From: Candidatus Velthaea sp. | GTDB taxonomy: Bacteria > Vulcanimicrobiota > Vulcanimicrobiia > Vulcanimicrobiales > Vulcanimicrobiaceae | NCBI GenBank assembly: GCA_965214935.1 | Contig: CBDCCS010000021.1 | Coordinates: 160,001 to 224,000, forward strand | Reading direction: 5' to 3' | Length of the DNA: 64,000 nt | In this document: positions 50,860 to 60,950 of the stretch, in pieces | Numbering within the stretch: the stretch's first letter is position 1 | How the letters are laid out: each line of letters opens with the position of its first letter | Notes under the pieces: model-generated | What the model was told of the DNA's origin: nothing | The model's input: only the letters and a program-made list of their open reading frames with translations | Databases searched by the model: none | Translations under genes and position numbers: made by a program

Positions 50860-52019
50860 CGGAAGGGATCCGCAGCGCGATGCCGCCCGACATTGATGAT
50901 CAGGGCCGTTGCAACGAGCGACACGACCAGTGATGTTCCGCCGAAGGAAACAAACGGCAACGGCACGCCGGTGACCGGCCAAGACGACGTGACGACACCG
51001 ATATTGACGAACGCCTGAATGACGATGAGCAGCGTGCAGCCGAACGCCAACAGCATCCCGAACCGGTCGGGCGCGCCGACGGCGATACGCACGGCGCGAA
51101 AGGCAAAGAGCACGAACAGCGCGATGACGCCGAACGCACCGATCAAGCCTAGTTCCTCGCCGAGAATGGCAAAGATAAAATCGGTGTATTGTTCGGGCAG
51201 GTAGAAGAACTTTTGTCGCGATGCGCCTAAACCGAGGCCCCACAACCCGCCGCTGCCCAATGCAAGTAACGATTGCACGATGTGAAAACCGGTATTCTGT
51301 GAATCACGCCACGGATCGATGAAGGCAAAAATACGGGCGCGTTTATAGGCGGACGAACCGATCGATAAAGCGACGACCGGCAGCATCGACAGCGCACACA
51401 TGCCGAGATGCTCGTAGCGCGCGCCGGCACAAAAGAGCATACCGAACGCCGTGAAGACCAGCAAACTCGCGGTTCCCATATCCGGTTGCAGCAGTATCGG
51501 GATCGCCAGTGCGCAGGTCACGAGCAAGCAGGGCACCACCCCGCGGACGAGCGATCGCGCGCGTTCGCCCAGCGTCGATAATTTCGCAGCCAGAAAAATG
51601 ACGAGTGCCGGCTTGGCGCATTCGGACGGCTCGAAGCTGAACGCACCGGCGCCCAGCCAGCGCCGAGCTCCGCCGGAAACCTGGCCGATATGCGGAACGA
51701 GGACGCCGATGAGCGCCGCGACCGTCAGCACGACGACAACCGTTGCGATCGTCCGCAATTTCCGGTAATCGATCCGGTAGGCGAAAAACGCTGCAACGAG
51801 CGCAACGACGAGCCAAACGACTTGGCGCTTGAGATAATACGCCGTGTCGCGGTACGTTGCGTACGCGGTCGCGCTCGATGCGCTGTAAATCATGATGAGA
51901 CCGATGGCGACGAGCGCGGCGGCCGCAGCGAACAGCAGCACGTCGGGCGGCGCGAGCCGGTGCGTTTTGAGCGCAGGCGCCGGGCGCCGCCGAACCTCGG
52001 TGCGGGCGCTACCCAGCAT
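50856..52019 (-). CDS. ftsW: SEDS peptidoglycan polymerase FtsW
   Basis: YSASS, GARRW, PSE.AK, QPDMG, LPEQYTDFIF, P.TGV.LPFVSFGG. Confidence 0.96.
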   Translation of the reverse strand: MLGSARTEVRRRPAPALKTHRLAPPDVLLFAAAAALVAIGLIMIYSASSATAYATYRDTAYYLKRQVVWLVVALVAAFFAYRIDYRKLRTIATVVVVLTVAALIGVLVPHIGQVSGGARRWLGAGAFSFEPSECAKPALVIFLAAKLSTLGERARSLVRGVVPCLLVTCALAIPILLQPDMGTASLLVFTAFGMLFCAGARYEHLGMCALSMLPVVALSIGSSAYKRARIFAFIDPWRDSQNTGFHIVQSLLALGSGGLWGLGLGASRQKFFYLPEQYTDFIFAILGEELGLIGAFGVIALFVLFAFRAVRIAVGAPDRFGMLLAFGCTLLIVIQAFVNIGVVTSSWPVTGVPLPFVSFGGTSLVVSLVATALIINVGRHRAADPFR

Positions 52020-53409
52020 GCGGTGTCACGACGGCACCGCCTAAATCGCCGACCGCAGCCGCGAAGCGTTCGCCGCGATCTTCCGCCGAGCGAAACATAT
52101 CGAACGAAGCGCAGCCGGGCGATAGCAGCACAACGTCGCCGGGCCCGGCAAGCGCCGCGGCTTTCGAGACGGCCTCCTCCATCGAACCGGCCCGATGCAC
52201 GGCTGCGCGTTTGATCGTGCGTGCGATATCGTCTGCGGCGTCGCCGATCAGCACGACCGCCTTGGTTCTCGACGATGCAACGCGGCCCAGATCGGCGAAC
52301 TCGGTGCCCTTGGCTTTACCGCCGGCGATGAGCACGATCGGCCGGTCGAAAGAACGCAGTGCAGCGATCACCGACCCCGGATTCGTTGCTTTGGAATCGT
52401 CGACGTACGTCACGCCGTCGCGTTCGGCGATTCGTTCGAGCCGGTGCGCGAGCGGCGTGAAATCGCGCACGGCCGCCGCGATCGATTCACGGTCCAGCCC
52501 GGCGGCCAAACCGACGAGGATGGCGCCGAGGACGTTTTCAACGTTGTGCTTACCCTGCAGCGGAATGTCGGCAACTTCCATGATTTCGATCGGTCGCGGA
52601 TCGCCCGTCGGCGGCGCATACACGATAGTTTTCTCATTACGAACGTAGAGCGCGGTATTGCGATGCGGCTCGCCGGCGAACCAGAGCGCGCGGCCTTTGA
52701 TTCGATTCGAATCTTCGCTCGTCAGCGAAGCAATGCGCTCGTCGTCGAGATTGCCCACGAACGTATCGCCCGGGCCTTGATTAGCGAAAATTCGATATTT
52801 CGCTTCGGCGTATTCGTCCATTGAAAAGTAGCGGTCGAGGTGATCGGGTGAGATGTTATTTATCAGCGCCAGCCGCGGTTTGAACGAACGAATCGACTCG
52901 AGTTGAAACGATGAGACCTCGGCGATCACCCAATCGTCGGGTCCGGCGATCGCGGTCTCGGCGATGAGCGCGTTACCGATATTGCCGCCGACATACGTTG
53001 TCTTGTTCGCCCGCCGAAAAATTGCACCCAGAAGTGCTGCCGTGGTCGTTTTACCTTTGGTTCCGGTCACCGCGACGATCGGCGCGCGACAGATCCGGTA
53101 AGCCACTTCGACTTCGCTGAACACCGGGACGCCCGCGCTCTGCACGCGCCGCACGAGTTCTCCGTTGAGCGGTATGCCCGGCGAAAGAACGGCGGCGCTC
53201 ACGTTGGGCAACACCTCGCCCAATGCGGCGGGCGCGATAAACGGTACGCCCAGCGTTGCCGCGTCGACCGCCGGATCTTCATCGGTTGCATACACCGCCG
53301 CGACGCGCGGCTTGAGAACGGCGATCGACGCACGCCCGCTGCGGCCGACACCGATGATAAGAACGCGTTCGTTCCGATCGAACAGCCCGCTGTGGATCGG
53401 AGGATTCAT
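52009..53409 (-). CDS. murD: UDP-N-acetylmuramoyl-L-alanine--D-glutamate ligase
   Basis: SPG, TGTKGKTTT, GGNIG, EVSSFQL, DHLDRY, DDSKATN, LSPGCASFDMF. Confidence 0.97.
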   Translation of the reverse strand: MNPPIHSGLFDRNERVLIIGVGRSGRASIAVLKPRVAAVYATDEDPAVDAATLGVPFIAPAALGEVLPNVSAAVLSPGIPLNGELVRRVQSAGVPVFSEVEVAYRICRAPIVAVTGTKGKTTTAALLGAIFRRANKTTYVGGNIGNALIAETAIAGPDDWVIAEVSSFQLESIRSFKPRLALINNISPDHLDRYFSMDEYAEAKYRIFANQGPGDTFVGNLDDERIASLTSEDSNRIKGRALWFAGEPHRNTALYVRNEKTIVYAPPTGDPRPIEIMEVADIPLQGKHNVENVLGAILVGLAAGLDRESIAAAVRDFTPLAHRLERIAERDGVTYVDDSKATNPGSVIAALRSFDRPIVLIAGGKAKGTEFADLGRVASSRTKAVVLIGDAADDIARTIKRAAVHRAGSMEEAVSKAAALAGPGDVVLLSPGCASFDMFRSAEDRGERFAAAVGDLGGAVVTPHAG

Positions 53410-54338
53410 GCGTTGCGCACCAGCGCGAAACCGAGACCGGCAAGCGCGGTAGACGCCAGCCAAAAGCGCGTCGTGACTTTCGTTTCGGGCCAGCCGCCGA
53501 GCTCGAAATGATGATGCAACGGACTCATACGGAAGATCCGCTTCTTCGTCGTTTTAAACGAAGCGACTTGCAAGATAACCGACAGGGTTTCAGCGGCAAA
53601 GACGCCGCCGATGAGCGGTAGCAACAGCTGCGAGCCCGTTGCAATCGCGCCGCCCGCCAGCGCGGCGCCGAGTGCGAGCGATCCGGTATCGCCCATGAAA
53701 ACGCGGGCCGGATGCCGGTTGTAGACGAGAAAGCCCAAGACGCTGCCCGCGGTCGCGAGCTCGAAGGCGGCAGCTTCGCCCGCCCCGCTTCGCACGGCGA
53801 TAAATGCCAGAACCGCGAGCGGCGGCACAATCGTCCCCCCTGCAAGCCCGTCGAGCCCGTCGGTCAAGTTGACGGCGTGCGTCGTCGCAACGATCGTCAA
53901 CAGCGAAAAGGCGAACCACACGGCCGCCGGAGGTGTTCCGAGCCCGTAGAGCGCCGGGCGTGCCGCTGTGGGAAGCGCGATCAAAAACGCGCTGCCGGCC
54001 AGTGCGCTGAGGGCAAACTTGGTGCGTGCGCGCAGCCCGCGATTGTGCCCTTTTCGGATCGACGCCATATCATCGATGAAGCCGATCGCGGCCATCGCGC
54101 CGGTCAACGCCGCCAGCGCGACCGTCGTACGGCCCGGCTTGAGTGCAAGCGCGACGAGCGGCGCGCTCAAGAACAGTAACCCGCCCATCGTCGGCGTGCC
54201 GGTCTTGGCTTGGTGCGTTTGCGGCGCATCTTCATAAGCGCGTTGTCCGTATTTCAACCGGGTGAGAGCACCGATCAAGGGCCGGCCGGCGGCCGCGGTT
54301 ATGCCGAACGCCAGCGCGACGGCAGCCACGCCTCTCAC
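53406..54338 (-). CDS. mraY: Phospho-N-acetylmuramoyl-pentapeptide transferase
   Basis: KTGTPTMGG, GFIDD, NLTDGLDGL, FMGDTGS, PLHHHFE; GTG start overlaps the upstream TGA. Confidence 0.96.
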   Translation of the reverse strand: MRGVAAVALAFGITAAAGRPLIGALTRLKYGQRAYEDAPQTHQAKTGTPTMGGLLFLSAPLVALALKPGRTTVALAALTGAMAAIGFIDDMASIRKGHNRGLRARTKFALSALAGSAFLIALPTAARPALYGLGTPPAAVWFAFSLLTIVATTHAVNLTDGLDGLAGGTIVPPLAVLAFIAVRSGAGEAAAFELATAGSVLGFLVYNRHPARVFMGDTGSLALGAALAGGAIATGSQLLLPLIGGVFAAETLSVILQVASFKTTKKRIFRMSPLHHHFELGGWPETKVTTRFWLASTALAGLGFALVRNA

Positions 54339-55033
54339 GCTGCGGCTCGCAGCGGATTGGGCCCCTCGCCGCGCCAGGTCAGCACGACGAGCGGCGTCTG
54401 TTCGTCGGCGTTGCCGTGCGGGTTTGCCAGCAACGCCAGTTCGACGTTCGCCCGGACGAGATCGGGCGATACGCCCAGCGCTTTGGCGCGCCGCAAATCG
54501 TTCGCATCGACGATCGCAAAACCGTAGCCCAGCCGCTCGCGTAACGCGGCGCACACGCCGTCGGGATCGGCCGGTCCGAAAACGATAGCCCGCTCGTATG
54601 GCGGCAGCGTCCCGGTGTAGCCGTCGATTGCAGCGATCGCCTCACCGAGCATCTCGTAGAAGACACCGCGTTTGCCGCGCAGGCGTCCGGCCACGTGTGC
54701 GAACGCCGCGCTGACGACGCGGCGCGTCCCGACTTGATCGATGACGATCTGCAACGACTCGGGTTGATTGACGGTCGCCAGCGCGCCCGCCCGGCGGGCC
54801 AACGCATAGGCTAGGCGCGACGGCCGGACAAACTCTGCTGCAACGAATCGCCGTTGCGCGATGGCGACGGCCGTTTCTGCAATCGCAATGACGTCGCCGG
54901 TCCGGGCAATGCCGCCGACGGCGTGCGCGACGAGCGCACCGATATCGTCACCGGGTCCGACGAGCCGCGTGCGAATGGGAATTGCGACGAGCCCGTCGGC
55001 CAAGCCCGCCTCGTGGACCCGTTGCGGAATCAA
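54335..55033 (-). CDS. CofE-like (F420-0:gamma-glutamyl ligase family) protein inside the dcw cluster
   Basis: IPIRT.LV..GDD, GDVIAIAE..VAIAQ, ID...GT.PPY...IV.GP.DP, AIVD.NDL, NP.GN..EQTP. TTG start overlaps the murF TGA; its stop overlaps the mraY GTG. Confidence 0.75.
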   Translation of the reverse strand: MIPQRVHEAGLADGLVAIPIRTRLVGPGDDIGALVAHAVGGIARTGDVIAIAETAVAIAQRRFVAAEFVRPSRLAYALARRAGALATVNQPESLQIVIDQVGTRRVVSAAFAHVAGRLRGKRGVFYEMLGEAIAAIDGYTGTLPPYERAIVFGPADPDGVCAALRERLGYGFAIVDANDLRRAKALGVSPDLVRANVELALLANPHGNADEQTPLVVLTWRGEGPNPLRAAA

Positions 55034-56406
55034 GCGGCACCGCTTGCCGTGAGCGCGGCCACGATCTGCTCCATCTTGTACTTGCGCGAGCCTTTCAGTA
55101 AAATCGCGTCGCCCGGGCGTGTGTTTGCTTGCAGCCAAGCCACGGCATCCGCGTTGCGCGTAAAGGTCACGATGCACGCGGCGCTCGTTCCGGCGTCGCT
55201 CGCGCCCGTGGCGATCTCCGCAGCAAAATCGCCGCCGGCCAGAACGATCTCGCTCGCAGCGGCTGCCGCGGCACCGGCTTCGCGATGCATCTGCGCTGCG
55301 TCCGGGCCGAGTTCGGCCATGCTCCCGAGCACGGCGATGCGCCGGCCGGCCGCCTCGCCGGCAAACGCATCGAGCGTCGCGAGCGTCCCCGACAGCGACG
55401 CGTTATACGCATCGAAAATGAGTCGCTTCTCATCCGGCAAGGCGATCGTTTCGTACCGTCCGGACGGCAGCGCGAGCGCGGCGAGATGCGGGAGGAGCCG
55501 CTCGAGTTCGATGCCGGCCGCGACGGCTCCGGCGAGCGCCGCTGCTAGATTGCGCCGGTTATGTTCGCCCGGCAGCCGTACGTCGATTTCAATGCGGCGC
55601 CGGCCGGCTTCGCTGTAAACATCGAGCGTCCGGGCGTCGCGGATGACAAGCGCGGCCTGACCCGCCGGCGGTAGCGCGTCTCCGCTCCCGAACCAGCGCG
55701 GCGGGGCTGTCAACGTAGCGGCGCGCTCGCGCGAATCGGCGTCGGCGAGATTGAGGATCGCCTGCGCACCGGTACGAAACAGCCCCCACTTCGTGTGCGC
55801 GAGCGCTTCGCGCGACCCCATGATCTCCAAGTGCGCTTCGCCAATGTTGGTCAGGATCGCGATCGCGGGCCGCGCCGCAGCGACGAGCACGTCGATATCA
55901 CCTGGGTTGCGCGCGCCCATCTCGATGACGGCAATGCGCGATTCGCCCGCGTCGAGACCGAGCAGAAACTTACTGACACCGATCTCATTGTTTTCGTTCT
56001 CGGGCGTTCCGATGACGCCGGCTCCGGCGGCGGCGAGCAATTGCACGAGGAGGGCTTTCGTCGTCGTCTTGCCGGTGCTGCCGGAGATCCCGATAACCGT
56101 ACCGGCAACGTCGGTTCGGGCCAGCCGCGCAAGCTGGAGATAGGCTTGCAGCGTGTCGTCGACGACGATTGCCGGCCGGCCGGCGGGAACGCTCGAAAGA
56201 TCGGCGACGATGCACCCGGCCGCACCGCTCGCGAACGCTTCGGCAACGTGCGCGTGACCATCGAAGCGTTGACCGCGTAAGGCCAAGAAGGTCATGCCGG
56301 GTTCGATGCTGCGCGTGTCGGTGTCGATCAGCAGTCGCTCGGGCAAGGCCGAGCCGGCATGCCGGCCGGCGAGTGCGGCGATAGCGCTAACCGTCTCGAG
56401 CGTCAT
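55030..56406 (-). CDS. murF: UDP-MurNAc-tripeptide--D-Ala-D-Ala ligase
   Basis: DTR, FDGH, GSTGKTTTK, NNEIG, EMG, AHLE, DAYNA, M.ELG, KGSR. Confidence 0.96.
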   Translation of the reverse strand: MTLETVSAIAALAGRHAGSALPERLLIDTDTRSIEPGMTFLALRGQRFDGHAHVAEAFASGAAGCIVADLSSVPAGRPAIVVDDTLQAYLQLARLARTDVAGTVIGISGSTGKTTTKALLVQLLAAAGAGVIGTPENENNEIGVSKFLLGLDAGESRIAVIEMGARNPGDIDVLVAAARPAIAILTNIGEAHLEIMGSREALAHTKWGLFRTGAQAILNLADADSRERAATLTAPPRWFGSGDALPPAGQAALVIRDARTLDVYSEAGRRRIEIDVRLPGEHNRRNLAAALAGAVAAGIELERLLPHLAALALPSGRYETIALPDEKRLIFDAYNASLSGTLATLDAFAGEAAGRRIAVLGSMAELGPDAAQMHREAGAAAAAASEIVLAGGDFAAEIATGASDAGTSAACIVTFTRNADAVAWLQANTRPGDAILLKGSRKYKMEQIVAALTASGAA

Positions 56407-57842
56407 CCGGCGGGCGTCATCGGCGCGGACGAACGCGCTGCTAGCGCTGCGCGCACTTCGGCCCGGTCGTCGAAGGGCAGCGTGACATCGCCGACGATCT
56501 GGTACGTTTCGTGACCTTTACCGGCAACGACGACCGTATCGCCGGGCCGGGCTTCATCGATCGCTTCACAAATGGCAGCGCGCCGGTCCAAGACGATCCG
56601 GGCGGCGCCGCTTCCGGCGACCGCGCGCGCAATCGCAGCCGGATCTTCCGAGCGCGGATTATCCGAGGTCACGATCGCACGGTCCGCGAGACGTTCGGCG
56701 ATTTCGCCCATCGGTGCACGTTTGCCCGGATCCCGATCGCCGCCGCAGCCGAACACCACCACAAGCCGGCCGCGCGTTGTTTCGCGGGCTGCGCGCAGTA
56801 CGTTTTCGAGTGCGTCGGGCGTATGCGCGTAATCGACGAGAACTTCGATGCCGGCGGCTTCAAGGCGTTCCATCCGGCCCGGAACGGCGTCTGCGTCGCG
56901 CAAGCCGGCGACGATCGCGGGCAACGGAATCGCCATGATCCGCGCGATCGCAAAGGCCGCCAACGCATTGTAGACGTTGAATCGGCCGGGGAACGGCACG
57001 CTCACGCTCGTGCCGTCGACGTCAAACCGGCTGCCGTCCGGTTCGAGCACAAGCCGTTCGGCGCGCAGGCCGGCCGGCACGTCGAGCGCGTAGGTCAAGG
57101 AATCCGGAAAATCGCGCGCAAAACGCGCTCCTGCCGCATCGTCGACATTGATGGCAGCGCGGCCCGCTTGAGCGATCAGCCGTCGCTTGGCAAGCGCGTA
57201 CGTATCGAGCGTCCCGTGAAAGTCGAGATGGTCGCGGGTGAGATTCGTGAATGCCGCCGCCTCGAAACGGACGTCGGTTACGCGTTCGAGCGCCAACGCA
57301 TGCGAACTGACTTCCATCGCGACCGCCGTTGCGCCTAAAGAGCGGAACGTTGCCAACCGTTCGTGCAATTCGACGGCGAGCGGCGTCGTATTCGATAGAG
57401 CGTGCCGATCGCTGCCGAACGCTGCGCCGAGCGTGCCGAGGGTTGCGCATGCGATGCCGGCCGCATTGAGAATCGAGGCGATCAATGCGACCGTCGTGGT
57501 CTTGCCGTTCGTGCCGGTGACGCCGGCGACGCGCAGATGGTGCGACGGACGATCGAAGAAAGCGTCCGCCAAACGCGAGATGGCGACGCGCGTATCGGCC
57601 ACGATAAGCTGCGGACCGGAAATCGGCAGTTCGCGCTCGGCGAGTACGAGAACGGCGCCCTGCGCAACCGCGGCCCGCGCGAAATCATGGCCGTCCACAC
57701 GCGTGCCGCGCAACGCGACATACAATGCGCCGGGCGTGACCGTCCGCGAATCGGTGCTCAGCCCACGAACGGCCGCCGGCAGCCGGCCGACCTCGCGCGC
57801 CGCGCCGATGGCGCTCAGCACATTCGCCGTCGGCATACTCAC
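56403..57842 (-). CDS. murE: UDP-MurNAc-dipeptide--meso-diaminopimelate ligase
   Basis: DSR, GTNGKTT, NTTP, MEVSSH, DHLDFH, DYAHTPD, GCGGDRD, DNPR (mDAP specificity motif), GKGHE. Confidence 0.97.
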   Translation of the reverse strand: MSMPTANVLSAIGAAREVGRLPAAVRGLSTDSRTVTPGALYVALRGTRVDGHDFARAAVAQGAVLVLAERELPISGPQLIVADTRVAISRLADAFFDRPSHHLRVAGVTGTNGKTTTVALIASILNAAGIACATLGTLGAAFGSDRHALSNTTPLAVELHERLATFRSLGATAVAMEVSSHALALERVTDVRFEAAAFTNLTRDHLDFHGTLDTYALAKRRLIAQAGRAAINVDDAAGARFARDFPDSLTYALDVPAGLRAERLVLEPDGSRFDVDGTSVSVPFPGRFNVYNALAAFAIARIMAIPLPAIVAGLRDADAVPGRMERLEAAGIEVLVDYAHTPDALENVLRAARETTRGRLVVVFGCGGDRDPGKRAPMGEIAERLADRAIVTSDNPRSEDPAAIARAVAGSGAARIVLDRRAAICEAIDEARPGDTVVVAGKGHETYQIVGDVTLPFDDRAEVRAALAARSSAPMTPAG

Positions 57843-59605
57843 CGGACGGTCTTCGACACGCGGCGCACGGACTCCAACCGAGGTGGCGGCAAGACCGGCA
57901 TCTCACCGGCATGCAGCATTGCGATGCGGGCTAGTTCCGCGAAGACCGGCGCGGCGACCGTACCGCCGTAATACACGCCTTGCGGGCGTTCGACTTTCAC
58001 GAGGATGACGTATTTCGGTTTGTCGGCCGGGATGTAGCCGATGAAGGACGCAACGTATGCGCCGGCGGCATAGTAGCCGTTTTCAACCATCTGTGCGGTC
58101 CCGGTTTTGCCCGCCGTCGTATAGCCGGCGACCTCGGCATGCCCCTTAGCGGTGCCGCGTACGACGACGCTGCGCAAACAGCGGCGCAAGATGCGCGCGG
58201 TCGCCTGCGAGATGACACGCCGCTCGATCTCCGGCGCGTAACGATACGCCACCGAACCATCTTCGTTATATAACGCGCGCACGATGCGCGGCCGCATCAA
58301 TAACCCGCCGTTGGCAATGGCCGCATACGCGCGGATCATCGCCAGCGGCGTCGTCGAGATGCCTTGGCCGAAAGAAATCGTCGCCAGCGAGCTGCCACTC
58401 CACGCGCCCAGGGCGGGGACGATGCCCGGGTTTTCACCCGGTAATTCGACTTGCGTCGGATCGCCGAAGCCGAACTTGCGAATCATCGCATACACGCGCT
58501 TCGGGCCGGTCGCCATGCCTATTTCCGCCGCGCCGACGTTGTGCGAACGCGCAATGATATCTTCCATGGTTTCAGGGCCGCCGCTCGACGCGGGCAGATC
58601 GTCATCGGCATTGTGAATCACGCGGCCGCCGACGGCAAGTGAATCGAGCGGCGGAAAGCGCATCTCGGGCGTAACGCGGCCGCTTTCGAGCGCGGCAGCG
58701 GCGGTGATGAGCTTGAAGGTTGAACCAGGTTCGTAGGCATCTTCGATGCCGCGGTCGCGGCGCGCATCATCGCCGTAGCGAGCGAAACGTGCCGGCTCGT
58801 AATCGGGAACGTTTGCGAGGGCGAGAATCTCGCCGCTCCACGGGTCCATGACGATCGCCGTCCCGCTGCGTGCGTGAGTGCGCGCAACTTGCGCGCCCAG
58901 CGCGCGCTCCGCCTCGAACTGCAGATACGAGTCCAGCGTCAAGGCCAAATTCCGTCCGGCTTGCGGCCGGTCGACGATCGTGGTTTCAGCGAATGGAATC
59001 GCACGCCCGAATTGATCGGCTTCGATGCGCATGCGTCCGGCTTTACCGCGCAAGTACGTGTCGAAGTTGTATTCGGTCCCGGCTAGACCGTTTTCATCGA
59101 GTCCGACGAAACCCAGGACCGTCGACGCGAGATGCCCCGCCGGAAAGAATCGAACGCCGGTCTCTTCGGACTCAGTATTGATACCGACGATTTTAAGCGC
59201 TTTTATCCGCTCCGACGCTTCGTACGGTACCTTGCGGCCGAGCCAACGAAATTGCGAGCGGTCGCGGAGCGCCGGCTCGAGCGCGGCAACCGGTTTTCCG
59301 AGCAGCGGCGCAAGCGCGACGGCGGTTGCATGCGGATCGGTAATGTTCGACGGTACGGCGTAGACGCTTTCGGACGGAAGCGAACGCACGAGTATCGCGC
59401 CGTCGCGATCGAAGATCGCCCCACGCTTCGCGAATAACGGCACGCTTTCCGAGCGCTGCGACAGCGCTAGCCGCGCGAGATGTGGACCTTGCCGAATCTG
59501 AACGTCGAACAAGCGCCACGTCAAATACAAGCCGAGCATCGCGATCAAATAGAACGCCGCTTTCGCACGGCCGGCCGCAATGCGCGAGAACGCTCGCGCC
59601 GGCAT
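57839..59605 (-). CDS. ftsI: Class B penicillin-binding protein FtsI/PBP3
   Basis: RG.I.DR.G, YEPGSTFK (SxxK), SHN, KTGTAQ. Confidence 0.95.
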   Translation of the reverse strand: MPARAFSRIAAGRAKAAFYLIAMLGLYLTWRLFDVQIRQGPHLARLALSQRSESVPLFAKRGAIFDRDGAILVRSLPSESVYAVPSNITDPHATAVALAPLLGKPVAALEPALRDRSQFRWLGRKVPYEASERIKALKIVGINTESEETGVRFFPAGHLASTVLGFVGLDENGLAGTEYNFDTYLRGKAGRMRIEADQFGRAIPFAETTIVDRPQAGRNLALTLDSYLQFEAERALGAQVARTHARSGTAIVMDPWSGEILALANVPDYEPARFARYGDDARRDRGIEDAYEPGSTFKLITAAAALESGRVTPEMRFPPLDSLAVGGRVIHNADDDLPASSGGPETMEDIIARSHNVGAAEIGMATGPKRVYAMIRKFGFGDPTQVELPGENPGIVPALGAWSGSSLATISFGQGISTTPLAMIRAYAAIANGGLLMRPRIVRALYNEDGSVAYRYAPEIERRVISQATARILRRCLRSVVVRGTAKGHAEVAGYTTAGKTGTAQMVENGYYAAGAYVASFIGYIPADKPKYVILVKVERPQGVYYGGTVAAPVFAELARIAMLHAGEMPVLPPPRLESVRRVSKTVR

Positions 59606-60078
59606 TAGCGCGGGCTGCCGCTAACGACCGTGCCCAGCCAATGTCCGACGGCTCCGAACGCCGGAAAGCCGCGCTCTTGCGCCGGGCGATGCTCGCTACT
59701 CGGCAGCGTCACGACGGCGTAATCTCCGGGATCGTGCATGTGCAGGCGTGCGGCGAGGGCCGCCAAGCGTTCGCGCGATTCAAGCTTTGCGATGCGATCT
59801 TCCTGGCGCATCGTTTGCGCGAGCAGGGTCGACTTTTGCGCCTGCGTGCGCGCGAGCGCGTAATTGAGGCCGGTGAGATTTGCGGTAAGCATGACGTACA
59901 GCAGCAGCGGCAACACGACGATTGCACCGGCGCCGGTAACGCGAACGAACGCTTCGTAGCCGCGGCGCTGCGCGCGTGCGAAACGGCGCCGCGTAGCAGC
60001 GCGCGTCAACTCGGCCTGCTGCTCTCTGCGGCGCCGATTCGGGGGCGGCTCGGGCTCGATGCGTTGCGCGGCGATCAC
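59605..60078 (-). CDS. Probable cell division protein FtsL-like
   Basis: Between rsmH and ftsI; basic N-terminus, single TM segment, coiled coil ending L...ERL...A..L.M. Confidence 0.7.
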   Translation of the reverse strand: MIAAQRIEPEPPPNRRRREQQAELTRAATRRRFARAQRRGYEAFVRVTGAGAIVVLPLLLYVMLTANLTGLNYALARTQAQKSTLLAQTMRQEDRIAKLESRERLAALAARLHMHDPGDYAVVTLPSSEHRPAQERGFPAFGAVGHWLGTVVSGSPR

Positions 60079-60947
60079 GTCGGCTGGCCTCCAAAGGCGG
60101 GGGAAACGCTGCAAACACGGAGTTTCGCGCTACGCGACCGGGGGTTATCGACAGTCTCCGCCGCCGCTGGAACGATCGGTTTGCGCGTCACCCGCTGGGC
60201 CCGCGGGTCGTCGCGAAATAGCTGCTTGACGATCCGGTCTTCAAGCGAGTGAAAGCTGATGACGGCGATCCGTCCGCCGGGCAGCGTCCGGTCGAGTGCG
60301 GCGTCGAGACTCTCGCGCAGCGCGCCGAGTTCATCGTTGACCGCGATACGCAGGGCTTGAAATGTCCGCGTCGCCGGATGCGTACGCTCGCGCCGGCCCG
60401 ATACATGAACGACGCCCGCTACGAGCGCCGCGAGCTCGGCCGTATCGCGCGGCAGGCGTTGCTTGAGCGCCCGCGCGATACGCCGCGCGGCCCGCTCTTC
60501 ACCATATTTGAAGATGACGTCGGCGAGCTCGGCTTCGTCGTTTTCCGCAATGAGATCGGCGGCGGTCCGGCCGCGAGTCGGGTCGAGCCGCATATCGAGC
60601 GGCGCGGCGGCGCGGAATGAAAACCCGCGCTCCGCCCGGTCGAGCTGCATTGAACTGACGCCCAGATCATACAGCACGCCGTTCACCCGATCGATTCCGA
60701 GCGTCTCAAGTTCGGCGCGCAGTGCGCGAAAGTTCGCATGAACGAGCATGCGGCTCCGGCCGTCGGCTGCCGGCATCCGCGCCCCGGGATCGGCGTCGAA
60801 GGCGATAAGGCGCCCGTTGGGTCCGAGTTGCTGCGCGATAAGTTCGCTATGGCCGCCCGCGCCGAACGTTGCATCGACGTACGTCCCCGCGGGGTCGACG
60901 GCGAGCGCTTCGATCGCTTCATGCGCGAGGACCGAACGATGATCCAC
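60075..60947 (-). CDS. rsmH: 16S rRNA m4C1402 methyltransferase
   Basis: DATFGAGGHS, DLGVSSMQLD, PLDMR, FQALRIAVN, FHSLED, NPRSRSAKLR. Confidence 0.98.
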   Translation of the reverse strand: MDHRSVLAHEAIEALAVDPAGTYVDATFGAGGHSELIAQQLGPNGRLIAFDADPGARMPAADGRSRMLVHANFRALRAELETLGIDRVNGVLYDLGVSSMQLDRAERGFSFRAAAPLDMRLDPTRGRTAADLIAENDEAELADVIFKYGEERAARRIARALKQRLPRDTAELAALVAGVVHVSGRRERTHPATRTFQALRIAVNDELGALRESLDAALDRTLPGGRIAVISFHSLEDRIVKQLFRDDPRAQRVTRKPIVPAAAETVDNPRSRSAKLRVCSVSPAFGGQPT

Positions 60948-60950
60948 GCA

